Positions 39,094 through 49,967 are shown, counted from the stretch's first letter. The stretch is 64,000 nucleotides of DNA from Clostridia bacterium (GCA_900753975.1 CAAEBC010000038.1:268-64267), one strand, 5' to 3'. Numbers and translations are program-made. The notes: generated by a model not told the origin, from the sequence alone.

Positions 39094-42000
39094 GTGGAAA
39101 ATAATGGTTTTAATTGGAATGAAGTTGTAGATTTTTTTTCTAAGAAATATGTTTCTTCACGAGCAGCATTTACTGGTAGTGAAGCTTATATAAATAATAA
39201 TGTTATAGAGGTTAATTTAAAGTCAAAAAGTAAGTTTATGATGCTTTCAAGAAATATGGATAAGCTTATTTCAGATTTTGTTATGAATTCTAGTGGAAGT
39301 AGATATGAAGTAAAGTTTAATGAACCAGATTCTTTTGATGTTATTCCAAAACAAGATGAGATTATAAAAAAGATGATGGAAGAAAATATGGCTAGACAAG
39401 CTGAGCTTGCAGCACAAAGAGAGTCAGAGACACATAGTAAAAAAGTAAATGGAATGCCTGATGGATATGGTACAAAAGCACAATCAAACAATATAAATGA
39501 TGCAGACATTCCTAATTGGCAACCACCCACAGATAGCGACATTGCTGGTAATAGTGCACCAGCACAGCAATATCCACCAAAACAGGCTACACAAAACTCT
39601 TGGCAGGGCGGAAATAATTGGCAAGGTGGACAAAATGGCGGTGCGCCTAGAAGGGCTCCGAAAAAGAAAAATTTAGACATGGTTGAAGACATAGAAAAAC
39701 TTATTTATAAAGGTTGGAGAGAGACGCAAAATCCAAAGAATATGAGAATTGTCGATTTTTCTCCAGAACAACCAGGTGTAATTATAAAAGGTAAGACAAG
39801 TAATTATGAAAGCAGAGAGACGAAAAACGGCGGATACCTTATTTCGTTTGATATATATGATGGAAGTAGTTCAATAAATGTTAAAGCTTTTTTAAAAGCA
39901 AATGAGTACGAAGAAGTGCATCCTAAAATGAAAGGCTGTCCACCAGTTAGATTGATAGGAACTTACGAATATAATAACTTTTCTAGAGAATTCGGTGTAA
40001 TTGCAGATATGATAGAAGAAACTACATGGGAAGAGAAAATTCGTATGGATAATGCACCAGAAAAAAGAGTAGAGTTACACATGCATACTCAAATGAGCCA
40101 GATGGATGGAATGACTTCTGCAACAGCATTAATAAAGAGGGCAATAAAATGGGGACATAAAGCAGTAGCTATAACAGATCATGGTGTTGTTCAAGCATTT
40201 CCTGAAGCAAAGAAAGCTATTAAGGATTCGGACTTAAAGGTCTTATATGGAGTTGAAGCTTACTTATCGCCAGATAGATTTACTTCGATAATTAACCCGG
40301 GCGATCAATTATTAAAGGATGTTACGTATTCTGTTTTAGATATCGAGACTACAGGACTTTCAAAGAATACAGATAAAATTACCGAGTTCGGAATTATAAA
40401 AGTTAAAAATGGTGAAAGACTTGGCGAGTTTGAATGTTTTGTAAATCCTGAAAAAGAGATACCTCAAAGGGTTGTGGAAGTTACGAATATTACAAATGAT
40501 ATGGTTAAAGATGCTGAAACAATCGATAAAGTTTTGCCAAAAGTTTTGGACTTTGTAAAGGATACAGTCCTAGTTGCACACAATGCTACTTTTGATATCG
40601 GCTTTATCAAGCACAATGCAGACCAGTTAGGGCTTGAGTTTAACCCTACATACATCGACTCTTTGCCACTTGCAAAAGAGTTATTTCCACATTTTAAAAA
40701 GTTTAAACTTGGAATTATTGCAGATAATTTAGGTATAGAAGTAGATGTAGCACATAGAGCTTTAGCGGATGTTGATACACTTGTAAAAGTAATGGAAGTA
40801 ATGCTAAAAATGCTTGATGAAAAGGGAATAACAAAACTATCTGAGGTTGATGATAAACTAGCTGGAGATATTAACTTTACTACACTTCCTACATATCATG
40901 CGATTGTTCTTGCTAAAGATAAAGTTGGACTTAAAAATTTATATAAATTGATTTCAATTTCAAATCTTGATTACTTTTATAAAAAGCCTAGAATGTTAAG
41001 AAGTATTTTACAAAAACATAGAGAAGGTTTAATTTTAGGAAGCGCATGTGAGCAGGGAGAACTTTTTAGAGCTATTGTAGAGGGAAAGTCTGATGAAGAA
41101 TTAGAAGAAATTGCAAGTTTCTATGATTATCTAGAAATTCAGCCACTTGGAAATAATATGTTTATGGTCAGAGATGGCACAGTTAAAGGAATTAATGATT
41201 TAATAGCTTTTAATAAAAAAGTTGTTGAGATTGGAGATAAGTTAAACAAACCAGTTGTGGCAACTTGTGATGTACACTTTATGGACCCAGAAGATGAGAT
41301 TTATAGAAGAATTTTGCAAGCTGGTCAAGGCTATGATGATGCAGATCAACAAGCACCATTATATTTTAGAACTACAGAGGAAATGCTTAAAGAATTTGAA
41401 TATTTAGGTAAAGAAAAAGCTTATGAGATTGTTGTAACTAATACAAATAAAATAGCAGATATGTGTGAAAAATTTAGTCCTATTGCAGACTATAAGGCTG
41501 CGCCTTATATCGAAGGTTGTGAAAATACGATTAGGGAACTAACTATGAAAAGAGCACATGAATTATATGGTGATCCACTTCCAGAAATAGTTCAAAATAG
41601 AATAGATAAAGAGCTCGATTCTATAATAAAAAACGGATTCTCCGTAATGTATATCATAGCTCAAAAACTAGTTGCTAAGTCTAATGAAGATGGTTACTTG
41701 GTTGGCTCAAGAGGAAGTGTTGGTTCTTCTTTTGTGGCGAATATGACGGGTATAACAGAGGTTAATTCTTTACAACCACATTACAGATGTCCTAACTGTA
41801 AGTATTCAGACTTTACTGATTATGGAGTAAAAAATGGTTTCGACCTGCCAGATAAAGATTGTCCAAAGTGTGGTCATAAATTAGATAAAGATGGTATGGA
41901 TATACCTTTTGAAACGTTCCTTGGTTTTGATGGAGATAAAGAGCCAGATATAGACCTTAACTTTTCAGGAGAATATCAAGCAAAAGCTCATAGATATACA

Positions 42001-43374
42001 GAAGTTATTTTTGGTAAAGGCACTACATTTAAAGCTGGAACAATAGGCACTATAGCCGATAAGACAGCTTATGGATATGTAAAAAAATATTATGAAGAAA
42101 GACATATTCCAATAAATAATGCGGAAGTAATAAGACTTGCACAAGGTTGTACAGGAGTTAAGAGGACTACTGGTCAGCACCCAGGAGGAATTATAGTTGT
42201 TCCTGTTGGAAATGAGATATTTGAATTTTGTCCTGTACAACATCCAGCAGATGATCCAAATACAGATATAAAGACAACCCACTTTGATTATCACTCAATA
42301 GACCAAAACCTATTGAAACTAGATATATTAGGTCATGATGATCCTACAATGATAAGAATGTTACAAGATATAACAAAAGTAGATCCACAAAAAATTCCAC
42401 TTGATGATAAGAAAACGATGTCTATATTTAGTTCTACAAAAGCATTGGGCGTAACTGAAGATCAGATACATTCACCTGTGGGAACATTTGGAATTCCTGA
42501 ATTTGGAACTAAGTTTGTAAGAGGAATGCTAGTTGATACTATGCCTACGAAATTTGAGGAGTTGCTTAGAATTTCTGGACTTTCTCATGGTACAGATGTG
42601 TGGCTTAATAATGCTCAATCGCTTATTGAAGCAGGTACTATAAAACTAGAAGATGCTATATGTACACGTGACGATATTATGCTTTATCTTATAAAGAAAG
42701 GTATGCCACCGAAACCATCATTTAAGATAATGGAATGTGTTCGTAAAGGAAAAGGATTAACAGAAGAACAAGAAACATTGATGCGTGAAAATGATGTACC
42801 TGATTGGTATATAGATTCATGTAAAAAAATTAAATACATGTTCCCAAAAGCACATGCTGCAGCATATGTAACGATGGCATTTAGAATAGCTTGGTTTAAA
42901 GTGCACATACCGATGGCATATTACACGGCATATTTTTCAATAAGAGCAGATGCTTTTGATAGCGAATACATGATACATGGCAAAGAAAAAGTTATCAATA
43001 AAATGAGAGAAATAGATGCTGAGGGAAATGCAGCAACAGCAAAAGATAAGGATATGTATTCAACACTTGAAATAGTACTTGAGATGTATGAAAGAGGTAT
43101 AAAATTCTTGCCGATAGATTTATATGAATCAGATGCAACTAAATTTATAATGGAAGAAGACGGAATAAGACCACCTCTAAATAGTATCGCAGGACTTGGA
43201 AATGTTGCTGCACTAAACATACAAAATGCACATCAAAAAGAAGGAAAATTTATGTCAGTAGAAGAACTAAAAATAAGAGCTGGTGTAGGCAAATCAGCAG
43301 TAGAACTTCTAGAAAAAGCAGGTTGTTTAAAAGGTATGACATTGAGTAATCAGATGAGTTTGTTTACATTTTAG
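39094..43374 (+). CDS. polC: DNA polymerase III PolC-type alpha subunit
   Basis: 1426 aa with a PHP domain (ELHMHTQMSQMDG), an embedded DEDDh exonuclease (SVLDIETTGL...AHNATFDIGF...HRALADV) and a polymerase core. GTG start after a GGAGG RBS. Confidence 0.97.
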   Translation: MENNGFNWNEVVDFFSKKYVSSRAAFTGSEAYINNNVIEVNLKSKSKFMMLSRNMDKLISDFVMNSSGSRYEVKFNEPDSFDVIPKQDEIIKKMMEENMARQAELAAQRESETHSKKVNGMPDGYGTKAQSNNINDADIPNWQPPTDSDIAGNSAPAQQYPPKQATQNSWQGGNNWQGGQNGGAPRRAPKKKNLDMVEDIEKLIYKGWRETQNPKNMRIVDFSPEQPGVIIKGKTSNYESRETKNGGYLISFDIYDGSSSINVKAFLKANEYEEVHPKMKGCPPVRLIGTYEYNNFSREFGVIADMIEETTWEEKIRMDNAPEKRVELHMHTQMSQMDGMTSATALIKRAIKWGHKAVAITDHGVVQAFPEAKKAIKDSDLKVLYGVEAYLSPDRFTSIINPGDQLLKDVTYSVLDIETTGLSKNTDKITEFGIIKVKNGERLGEFECFVNPEKEIPQRVVEVTNITNDMVKDAETIDKVLPKVLDFVKDTVLVAHNATFDIGFIKHNADQLGLEFNPTYIDSLPLAKELFPHFKKFKLGIIADNLGIEVDVAHRALADVDTLVKVMEVMLKMLDEKGITKLSEVDDKLAGDINFTTLPTYHAIVLAKDKVGLKNLYKLISISNLDYFYKKPRMLRSILQKHREGLILGSACEQGELFRAIVEGKSDEELEEIASFYDYLEIQPLGNNMFMVRDGTVKGINDLIAFNKKVVEIGDKLNKPVVATCDVHFMDPEDEIYRRILQAGQGYDDADQQAPLYFRTTEEMLKEFEYLGKEKAYEIVVTNTNKIADMCEKFSPIADYKAAPYIEGCENTIRELTMKRAHELYGDPLPEIVQNRIDKELDSIIKNGFSVMYIIAQKLVAKSNEDGYLVGSRGSVGSSFVANMTGITEVNSLQPHYRCPNCKYSDFTDYGVKNGFDLPDKDCPKCGHKLDKDGMDIPFETFLGFDGDKEPDIDLNFSGEYQAKAHRYTEVIFGKGTTFKAGTIGTIADKTAYGYVKKYYEERHIPINNAEVIRLAQGCTGVKRTTGQHPGGIIVVPVGNEIFEFCPVQHPADDPNTDIKTTHFDYHSIDQNLLKLDILGHDDPTMIRMLQDITKVDPQKIPLDDKKTMSIFSSTKALGVTEDQIHSPVGTFGIPEFGTKFVRGMLVDTMPTKFEELLRISGLSHGTDVWLNNAQSLIEAGTIKLEDAICTRDDIMLYLIKKGMPPKPSFKIMECVRKGKGLTEEQETLMRENDVPDWYIDSCKKIKYMFPKAHAAAYVTMAFRIAWFKVHIPMAYYTAYFSIRADAFDSEYMIHGKEKVINKMREIDAEGNAATAKDKDMYSTLEIVLEMYERGIKFLPIDLYESDATKFIMEEDGIRPPLNSIAGLGNVAALNIQNAHQKEGKFMSVEELKIRAGVGKSAVELLEKAGCLKGMTLSNQMSLFTF

Positions 43375-43381
43375 TAATTAT

Positions 43382-43431
43382 AGAACTTAGTCAAGTATTT
43401 ATGCTTAAAAACTTGACATAAGTTCTTTTTT
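43382..43431 (+). terminator. Rho-independent terminator after polC
   Basis: Stem AGAACTTAGTCAAGT/ACTTGACATAAGTTCT (one bulge) followed by T6. Confidence 0.7.
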
Positions 43432-43499
43432 ATCCTTGAAAATACCGATGTTTTGATATATAATTATCAATGATTATTTTATATGAAAAGGGGATTTTC

Positions 43500-46400
43500 A
43501 TGGAGGAACTTGCTAAGGTATTACCTAAGATGAAGAAGTTTGATGCGTATATAAATGATGTAAAAAAAGATAATTTTCCTATCTTTCTTTCTGGACTTTC
43601 AGATAGCCAAAAGGTACATTTTGCATACTCTACAAGATTTTATACTGAAAGACCTATATTAATCATAACGTATAATGACATTCAGCTTAAGAAAATTTAC
43701 GAAGATTTGAAATTTTTTGAAGATGAAGAAATTTTGCTTTTTCCAAAAAGAGAAGTTGTTTATTACGATATCGATACGATGAATAAAGATGTTACTATGG
43801 ATAGGCTTAGTATTTATACTAAGCTTTATGAAAGTAGTGCAAAAGTTATTTTGACTAGTATTGAAGCTTTGATGCAAAGGACGATTTCTAAAAATAAGCT
43901 TTTTGAAAAAGTTTTGCAATTAGAGGTTGGAAAAGAAGTTTCTTTAGATACATTAAAAGAAAGCCTAAATGATTTAGGTTATGAAAGAACAGATATGGTA
44001 GAGGGTCGTGGTCAATATACGGTAAGAGGTGGTATCATAGATTTCTTTCCACTTACTACTAAAAACCCTGTAAGAGTTGAATTTTGGGGAGATGAAATTG
44101 ACTCTATTAGATTTTTCGATGTTGAATCTCAAAGAACAGTAGAACCTCTTAAAGATATTAGCGTTTTCCCAGCAGAGGAATATTTAGTTGATAAAAACGA
44201 TTTAAATAGCATTGGTGATGAAATCTTAAAAACATATCCAAATGCTATTTCAGATGTTGAAGCTATTAAGAATGGAAATTATCTTACGAAGATAGATAAG
44301 TATTTTAAATTCTTTTATAAAGAAACATCTAATTTGCTTGACTATATTAGTAAAAACACTATTGTATTTTTAGATGAACCATCTAGAATCGCTCAAAAGG
44401 CTCAAACTATAGAGTATGAAAACAAAGAGATTATAGAGCAATATTTAGATAAAAATAAAATTATTCCTAGTTATACGGAGTCTATGACTCTTTGGGATGA
44501 TATTAATTTTGAACTTGAAAAGAAAAATATTATAAATCTCGAGAGAACAGATACTATGCATGCAAAAAGAAACGGATACAGTTTTAACTGTAGGGAGGTG
44601 AGCTTTTTTCGTGATTCAGTGGATATATTTGTACAGGAAGTACAAAAGCAGCTTGAAGACGGAAAAGAGCTTTTAATCCTAGGTGGAACTGTATCAAAAG
44701 CACGTGGTATTGCAACTATGCTTTTGGAACACGGCGTTTCAGCCACTTTCTTAGAAAAATTAGATATTAACTTTTTGCTACCTAAAAAAGTTTTAGTTAT
44801 TCCAGGTAATCTTTCGGAAGGTTTTGAATATGTTGATATAGGCTTGGTTGTTGCTGTTCAGAGTATTGGAGCAAATAAAGAAGCTGTTAAAAGAAGTTAT
44901 AAACCACAAGTATTTAAAGAGAGCAAAAAGGTTGTTTTTGCTGACTTGAATGTTGGAGACTATATAGTTCATTCTGTACATGGAATTGGACAATATATGG
45001 GCATTAATACACTTTCTGTAGATGGTGCAAAAAAAGATTATATAAAACTTAGATATAAAGATGATGGTGTTTTATATATTCCAACAAATCAGTTAGACAA
45101 TATAAGAAAATATATTGGTAGTGGCGATACAGCACCAAAACTAAATAAATTAGGCAGTAAAGATTTCGCTAAAACTAAAGCTAAGGTAAAAGCATCTCTT
45201 AAGGATATTGCAAAAGGACTCATTGAGCTTTATGCTAAAAGAAAACAGGAAAAAGGGTATAAATTTTCACCTGATACTGTTTGGCAAAATCAATTTGAAG
45301 AGGCTTTTCCTTATGAAGAAACTGAGGATCAACTAAGGTGTATAGAAGAAGTAAAAAAAGATATGGAAAGCGATATGCCTATGGATAGACTACTTTGTGG
45401 TGATGTTGGATACGGAAAAACAGAAGTTGCAATTCGTGCAGCCTTTAAAGCTGTTATGGACGGTAAACAGGTTGCGTATCTTGTACCTACTACGGTTTTG
45501 TCAGAGCAACAATTTAATGAGTTTAGAAATAGAATGAAAGATTTTCCTGTTAAGATAAATGTCTTAAATAGGTTTAAATCTGCAAGGGATAAAAAGGAAG
45601 TTTTAAGACAATTAAGAACAGGTGAGTTAGATATAATTATAGGAACTCATAGGATAGTTCAAAAAGATATTGAATTTAAGGATTTAGGATTGCTTATAAT
45701 CGATGAGGAGCAACGTTTTGGAGTAAAGCATAAGGAGGCTATTAAAAAATTAAAAAATAATGTGGATGTCTTAACTATGACAGCTACACCTATTCCAAGA
45801 ACTTTACATATGTCGGTTGTTGGAATTAGGGATATGAGTGTTATTTATGAACCACCAAAAAATAGAATTCCGGTTCAGACTTATGTTTTAGAATATGATG
45901 AAGAGGTTATTAGAGAAGCTATAATAAAGGAAATTGGTAGGGGTGGACAGGTATTTTATTTATATAATCGTGTAGAGGGAATCGAAAAGAAAGCTTCAGA
46001 GATTTCAAAACTTGTACCAGAAGCAAGAGTAGCATTTGCTCATGGTCAGATGGAAGGTAGAGAACTTGAAGATATAATGAAAGCTTTTATGGATAAAGAG
46101 TTAGATGTAATTGTATGTACTACTATTTTGGAATCTGGTATAGATATTCCAAATGCAAACACTATAATAATTGAAGATGCAGATAGACTTGGACTTTCAC
46201 AGTTGTATCAAATTCGAGGAAGGGTCGGACGTAGTGATAGAAAAGCGTATGCATATATAACTTATAGACGAAATAAGCTTTTATCTGAAGCTTCAGAGAA
46301 AAGATTGAAGGCAATAAAAGAGTTTACAGAATTTGGAAGCGGCTTTAAAATAGCACTTCGAGATTTAGAAATACGTGGTGCCGGTAATATTTTAGGACCT

Positions 46401-46940
46401 GAACAACACGGACATATGGAAGCGGTGGGTTATGAAATGTATTGTAAACTGCTTGAAGAAGCTGTTAAAGAAATGCAAGGTGAGGCTGTTTTAGAAGAAG
46501 TTGATACACAAATTGATTTAAATGTTACGGCATATATACCAGATACGTATATTGAAAATATCAATCAAAAGATTGAGGCTTATCAAGATATTGCTAATAT
46601 AAGTGATGAAAATGAGATAATAGATATTATAGATGCTTTGATAGATAGATATGGTGAAGTTCCAAAAGAATGTGTAAATCTACTTGAAATTGCAAGAATA
46701 AAAATATACGCAAGAGCCCTTAAGGTTTTGGCTATAAAGCAGACTGGCAAAAATGTTGTCATTAAATTTAGTAGTGAAGAATTTATTATGGATAAGGTTC
46801 AAGTTTTAATAGATTTATACAAAGGTGACCTTATGTTTTCAACAGGTGTTACACCATATTTAACTTTAAAGTTGCAAAGCAAAGAAGATAGTGATATATT
46901 AAATGATGTATTAAAATTACTTAAGATTGTGAAAGGATGA
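43500..46940 (+). CDS. mfd: Transcription-repair coupling factor
   Basis: AAGGGG RBS before the ATG at 43500. UvrB-homology N-terminus, CarD/RID-like segment (VGDYIVHSVHGIGQYMG), SF2 helicase motifs (GDVGYGKTEVA, DEEQRFG) and a TRG motif. Confidence 0.95.
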   Translation: MEELAKVLPKMKKFDAYINDVKKDNFPIFLSGLSDSQKVHFAYSTRFYTERPILIITYNDIQLKKIYEDLKFFEDEEILLFPKREVVYYDIDTMNKDVTMDRLSIYTKLYESSAKVILTSIEALMQRTISKNKLFEKVLQLEVGKEVSLDTLKESLNDLGYERTDMVEGRGQYTVRGGIIDFFPLTTKNPVRVEFWGDEIDSIRFFDVESQRTVEPLKDISVFPAEEYLVDKNDLNSIGDEILKTYPNAISDVEAIKNGNYLTKIDKYFKFFYKETSNLLDYISKNTIVFLDEPSRIAQKAQTIEYENKEIIEQYLDKNKIIPSYTESMTLWDDINFELEKKNIINLERTDTMHAKRNGYSFNCREVSFFRDSVDIFVQEVQKQLEDGKELLILGGTVSKARGIATMLLEHGVSATFLEKLDINFLLPKKVLVIPGNLSEGFEYVDIGLVVAVQSIGANKEAVKRSYKPQVFKESKKVVFADLNVGDYIVHSVHGIGQYMGINTLSVDGAKKDYIKLRYKDDGVLYIPTNQLDNIRKYIGSGDTAPKLNKLGSKDFAKTKAKVKASLKDIAKGLIELYAKRKQEKGYKFSPDTVWQNQFEEAFPYEETEDQLRCIEEVKKDMESDMPMDRLLCGDVGYGKTEVAIRAAFKAVMDGKQVAYLVPTTVLSEQQFNEFRNRMKDFPVKINVLNRFKSARDKKEVLRQLRTGELDIIIGTHRIVQKDIEFKDLGLLIIDEEQRFGVKHKEAIKKLKNNVDVLTMTATPIPRTLHMSVVGIRDMSVIYEPPKNRIPVQTYVLEYDEEVIREAIIKEIGRGGQVFYLYNRVEGIEKKASEISKLVPEARVAFAHGQMEGRELEDIMKAFMDKELDVIVCTTILESGIDIPNANTIIIEDADRLGLSQLYQIRGRVGRSDRKAYAYITYRRNKLLSEASEKRLKAIKEFTEFGSGFKIALRDLEIRGAGNILGPEQHGHMEAVGYEMYCKLLEEAVKEMQGEAVLEEVDTQIDLNVTAYIPDTYIENINQKIEAYQDIANISDENEIIDIIDALIDRYGEVPKECVNLLEIARIKIYARALKVLAIKQTGKNVVIKFSSEEFIMDKVQVLIDLYKGDLMFSTGVTPYLTLKLQSKEDSDILNDVLKLLKIVKG

Positions 46941-46948
46941 TTTAAATA

Positions 46949-48010
46949 ATGGATAAGAAAACAGGTATTATAATTGGAGTATTAGGAGCTATCGTTTTGA
47001 TTTTAGTATTGGTAGTGTTTGGATTAGAAACAAAGTCTACAGGACTTACTTCTAGTGATGTTTTAAGAATTAATAATGAGATATATTCAAGAAGTGAGTT
47101 TGAAGACTTTTTAAGGTATACTCTTTACAAAAATGATGGTGAAATAAAAATAGACGAAGAAGATGAAGACACAGCACACGCTTTAGAAGAGGGCACTTCA
47201 AAAGAAGAAATTTTTAAATCAAATACATTAAATTCTTTTTATCAAATGAAGGTTTGTGAGCTAGTTGCAAATGACAAGAATATTGTAGTTGAAGCAGAAA
47301 AGTTAGAAGAGATTAGCGGAGATTTTGAAAAAAACAAAGAAAAGTTAGAAAAGTTTGGATTGGGTAAAGAAAGCTTTGTTAATATAGAAAAAGGACAAGC
47401 TGTAGTTCAAATGATTTCAAATGAACCTAGCAAATATTTAACACTTCCAGATGGTGTTTATGATGAATATTTAAAACAATTTTCTGGCGATGATTTGAAA
47501 TCTTACACTTATAGAATGATACAAGTAAGTTATACAGCAGACAAAGTTTCTGGTGAAACTTCAGGAGAATCTGGCGAAGTAGTTCCAGGAAACAGAGCAG
47601 AAAAAGAAGCATATATGAACGAGATCGTTGCAAGAATTAAGTCTGGTGTATCTTTTGAAGAAGCTGCTGAAAGCGGAGATAATAGACTTATATTTGTTGG
47701 TAATGGAATACAATTTGCTAAGAGCATAGAAGAAAATGCAGCAGGATTTTTACTAGAACAAAAATTAAATAATGAAGATGCTCTAAAGGCAGTAAAAAAT
47801 GCTAAAGATGGTGAAATGACAGATGTTATAGATACTGGCGATGCTTTTGAAATATATTTAGTAGAAAAGGTTCAAGATGGAATTGTTGGAAAAGCAAAAG
47901 ATGAACTTATTGAACTTATGATTTCAAGTTATGCAAAAGATTTGATTTACCAATATGTAAAGGATATGGAAGTAAATAATGCAGCACTAGCTAGAATTAA
48001 AATTAGATAA
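46949..48010 (+). CDS. Membrane-anchored PrsA/SurA-like chaperone or degenerate parvulin PPIase
   Basis: N-terminal TM anchor. Position after mfd is typical of prsA-like genes in Clostridia. The C-terminal GEMTDVIDTGDAFEIYLVEKV resembles the end of a PpiC domain. The assignment is weak. Confidence 0.45.
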   Translation: MDKKTGIIIGVLGAIVLILVLVVFGLETKSTGLTSSDVLRINNEIYSRSEFEDFLRYTLYKNDGEIKIDEEDEDTAHALEEGTSKEEIFKSNTLNSFYQMKVCELVANDKNIVVEAEKLEEISGDFEKNKEKLEKFGLGKESFVNIEKGQAVVQMISNEPSKYLTLPDGVYDEYLKQFSGDDLKSYTYRMIQVSYTADKVSGETSGESGEVVPGNRAEKEAYMNEIVARIKSGVSFEEAAESGDNRLIFVGNGIQFAKSIEENAAGFLLEQKLNNEDALKAVKNAKDGEMTDVIDTGDAFEIYLVEKVQDGIVGKAKDELIELMISSYAKDLIYQYVKDMEVNNAALARIKIR

Positions 48011-48016
48011 TGTTTT

Positions 48017-48057
48017 GTGCCGTGATTTTTCTTAAGTCACGGCACGTATTTTTTTAT
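48017..48057 (+). terminator. Rho-independent terminator
   Basis: Stem GTGCCGTGA/TCACGGCAC followed by GTATTTTTTT. Confidence 0.75.
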
Positions 48058-48076
48058 TAGCAAAGGAGAATGTGAT

Positions 48077-48841
48077 TTGATTACAAGTAAAACTAATGAA
48101 CTTATTAAACATGTTAAGTCGTTACATCAAAAGAAATTTAGAGATGAGTATAAAGAGTATTTTGTAGAGGGAGTAAAGCTTATAAATGAAGCAATTTCTG
48201 AAAATAAAGAGATAAGAAAAATTTTAATTTGTGATGAGCTTTTGAGAGAAGAGTTTTCTATACCAAGTGAGGATATTGTTGAATATGTGGCAAAAAATGT
48301 TTTTGAATATGTTTCTGATACTCAAAGTCCACAAGGTATTTTGGCTGTAATTAAGATGGATGAGTTTAATGGAGAGGTATGTGAAAATACCGTTTTTGCT
48401 CTTGACGATTTACAAGATCCTGGAAATTTAGGAACGATTTTAAGGAGTTTAGATTCGGCTGGGATTAATACTTTGTTACTTTCTAAGGATACGGTGAATT
48501 TATATAATCCTAAGGTTATTAGGAGCACAATGGGAGCTATTTTTAGGGTAAAGGTTTTGGATAATTTGAATTTGAAAGAGGAGTTACTTAAATTAAAAAA
48601 GGCTGGATATAAGGTGGTCATAACATCGCTTGATACTAACGAAATGCATTATAATTTGAATTTTAGTGATAGGCTTGTAATTGTTATAGGCAATGAGGCT
48701 AAGGGGGTTAAAAAAGAAATTCAGGACTTGGCTGATATTAAGGTTAAGATTCCTATGCTTGGTAGGACGGAGAGTCTTAATGCTAGTGTGGCGGCTAGTG
48801 TGATTGCGTATGAAAAAGTTAGACAACAAGTCTACCATTAA
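48077..48841 (+). CDS. TrmH/SpoU-family RNA 2'-O-methyltransferase
   Basis: TTG start after an AAAGGAG RBS. Motifs DPGNLGTILRS, IVIGNEAKGV, SLNASVAASV. Confidence 0.85.
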   Translation: MITSKTNELIKHVKSLHQKKFRDEYKEYFVEGVKLINEAISENKEIRKILICDELLREEFSIPSEDIVEYVAKNVFEYVSDTQSPQGILAVIKMDEFNGEVCENTVFALDDLQDPGNLGTILRSLDSAGINTLLLSKDTVNLYNPKVIRSTMGAIFRVKVLDNLNLKEELLKLKKAGYKVVITSLDTNEMHYNLNFSDRLVIVIGNEAKGVKKEIQDLADIKVKIPMLGRTESLNASVAASVIAYEKVRQQVYH

Positions 48842-48944
48842 CTTAATCAAGCTTTTGCCGGTTTTGATAAGAGTTAGTTATGAAAAAACGAATTTGCACT
48901 AGCTGCTGCAGAATTGGAGTATTAAAGATAAAAGAGGTAATAAG

Positions 48945-49895
48945 ATGTATAAACAATTAAAGCCAATGCTTAATTCAAAAGAGCAAATTGAACATCTGAA
49001 GGATAAAGGCGTGAAATTTGAATTGATATCTGATATTGATGCGGAGAAATATTTAAAAGATAATAACAATTACTTTAAATTAACTTCTTATAGAAAAAAT
49101 TTTCCTAAGTATGAGAATGGCTGTAATATGGGGAAATATATAAATCTAGATTTTAAGATGTTATTGGACATGTCTATTATTGATATGAGACTCAGAAAGG
49201 TTATGCTTAGTATTGTTTTAGATTTAGAACACTATATTAAAGTTAGGATACTAAATATCATAGAAAATACATCAAAAGATGGATACACAGAAATAGAAGA
49301 ATATATTAGCGCTTTAAAAAGCAAAGATGAATATGACAATTTGAAAATAGAATTGTCAAAAAGCTCAAGAAGTACATATTGTGGCGAAATGGCACAAAAG
49401 TATAGTGATAACTATCCAGTTTGGGTATTTATCGAAATTATTCCGTTTGGGCGTCTAGTAAACTTTTATATGTTTCTTGCAAATAAAATTGGTGACAAAA
49501 AAATGATAGATGAGGCATATTTACTGAAAAATGTAAGAGAGTTAAGGAATGCCTGTGCACATAATAATTGTATTTTAAATGATTTAAAAACTGGCACCGC
49601 TACGCATAAAGCAAATTACAATGTTTTAAAGGAATTATCAAATACTAACATGTCTAATACTAGAATATCGAAAAGAATGAGCAACGTAAGAATGCAACAG
49701 ATAATAACTATGTTGTATTTGTCAAAAAGGTTTGTTACTAGTAAAGGAGTATTACAGTATCATTGTAATATGTTAAATGAATTAAAAAATCGAATCGAAC
49801 ACCATATAGACTATTACAATAAAAATTTGTTAATATATGGAAGTTTTTCTTTTTTGAATAAAATAATTGACACTTGGTACAATAAAGGCGTATAA
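48945..49895 (+). CDS. Abi_2 (AbiD/AbiF-like) abortive-infection family protein
   Basis: The pattern LTSYRKNF......IDMRLRKVML...LEHYIKV...RNACAHNNCIL is typical of Abi-like proteins (the RNxxAH motif). Confidence 0.7.
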   Translation: MYKQLKPMLNSKEQIEHLKDKGVKFELISDIDAEKYLKDNNNYFKLTSYRKNFPKYENGCNMGKYINLDFKMLLDMSIIDMRLRKVMLSIVLDLEHYIKVRILNIIENTSKDGYTEIEEYISALKSKDEYDNLKIELSKSSRSTYCGEMAQKYSDNYPVWVFIEIIPFGRLVNFYMFLANKIGDKKMIDEAYLLKNVRELRNACAHNNCILNDLKTGTATHKANYNVLKELSNTNMSNTRISKRMSNVRMQQIITMLYLSKRFVTSKGVLQYHCNMLNELKNRIEHHIDYYNKNLLIYGSFSFLNKIIDTWYNKGV

Positions 49896-49929
49896 TACAA
49901 TTATACAGAAAAAGTATGTTACTTTTGCG

Positions 49930-49967
49930 GAGTTATGTTTCATAGAAAGCATAACTCTATTTTTCTG
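49930..49967 (+). terminator. Rho-independent terminator after the Abi gene
   Basis: Stem GAGTTATG/CATAACTC followed by TATTTTTCTGTTT. Confidence 0.6.

Noticed and set aside
39186-39692. 168-aa minus-strand ORF within polC. Comparable antisense ORFs include 18377-18853, 24553-24996, 52688-53065, 53889-54320, 57846-58259, 61101-61469 and 63218-63601.
   Set aside because: All of these lie antisense to, or overlap, confidently identified genes. They have no RBS and give low-complexity translations typical of spurious ORFs.
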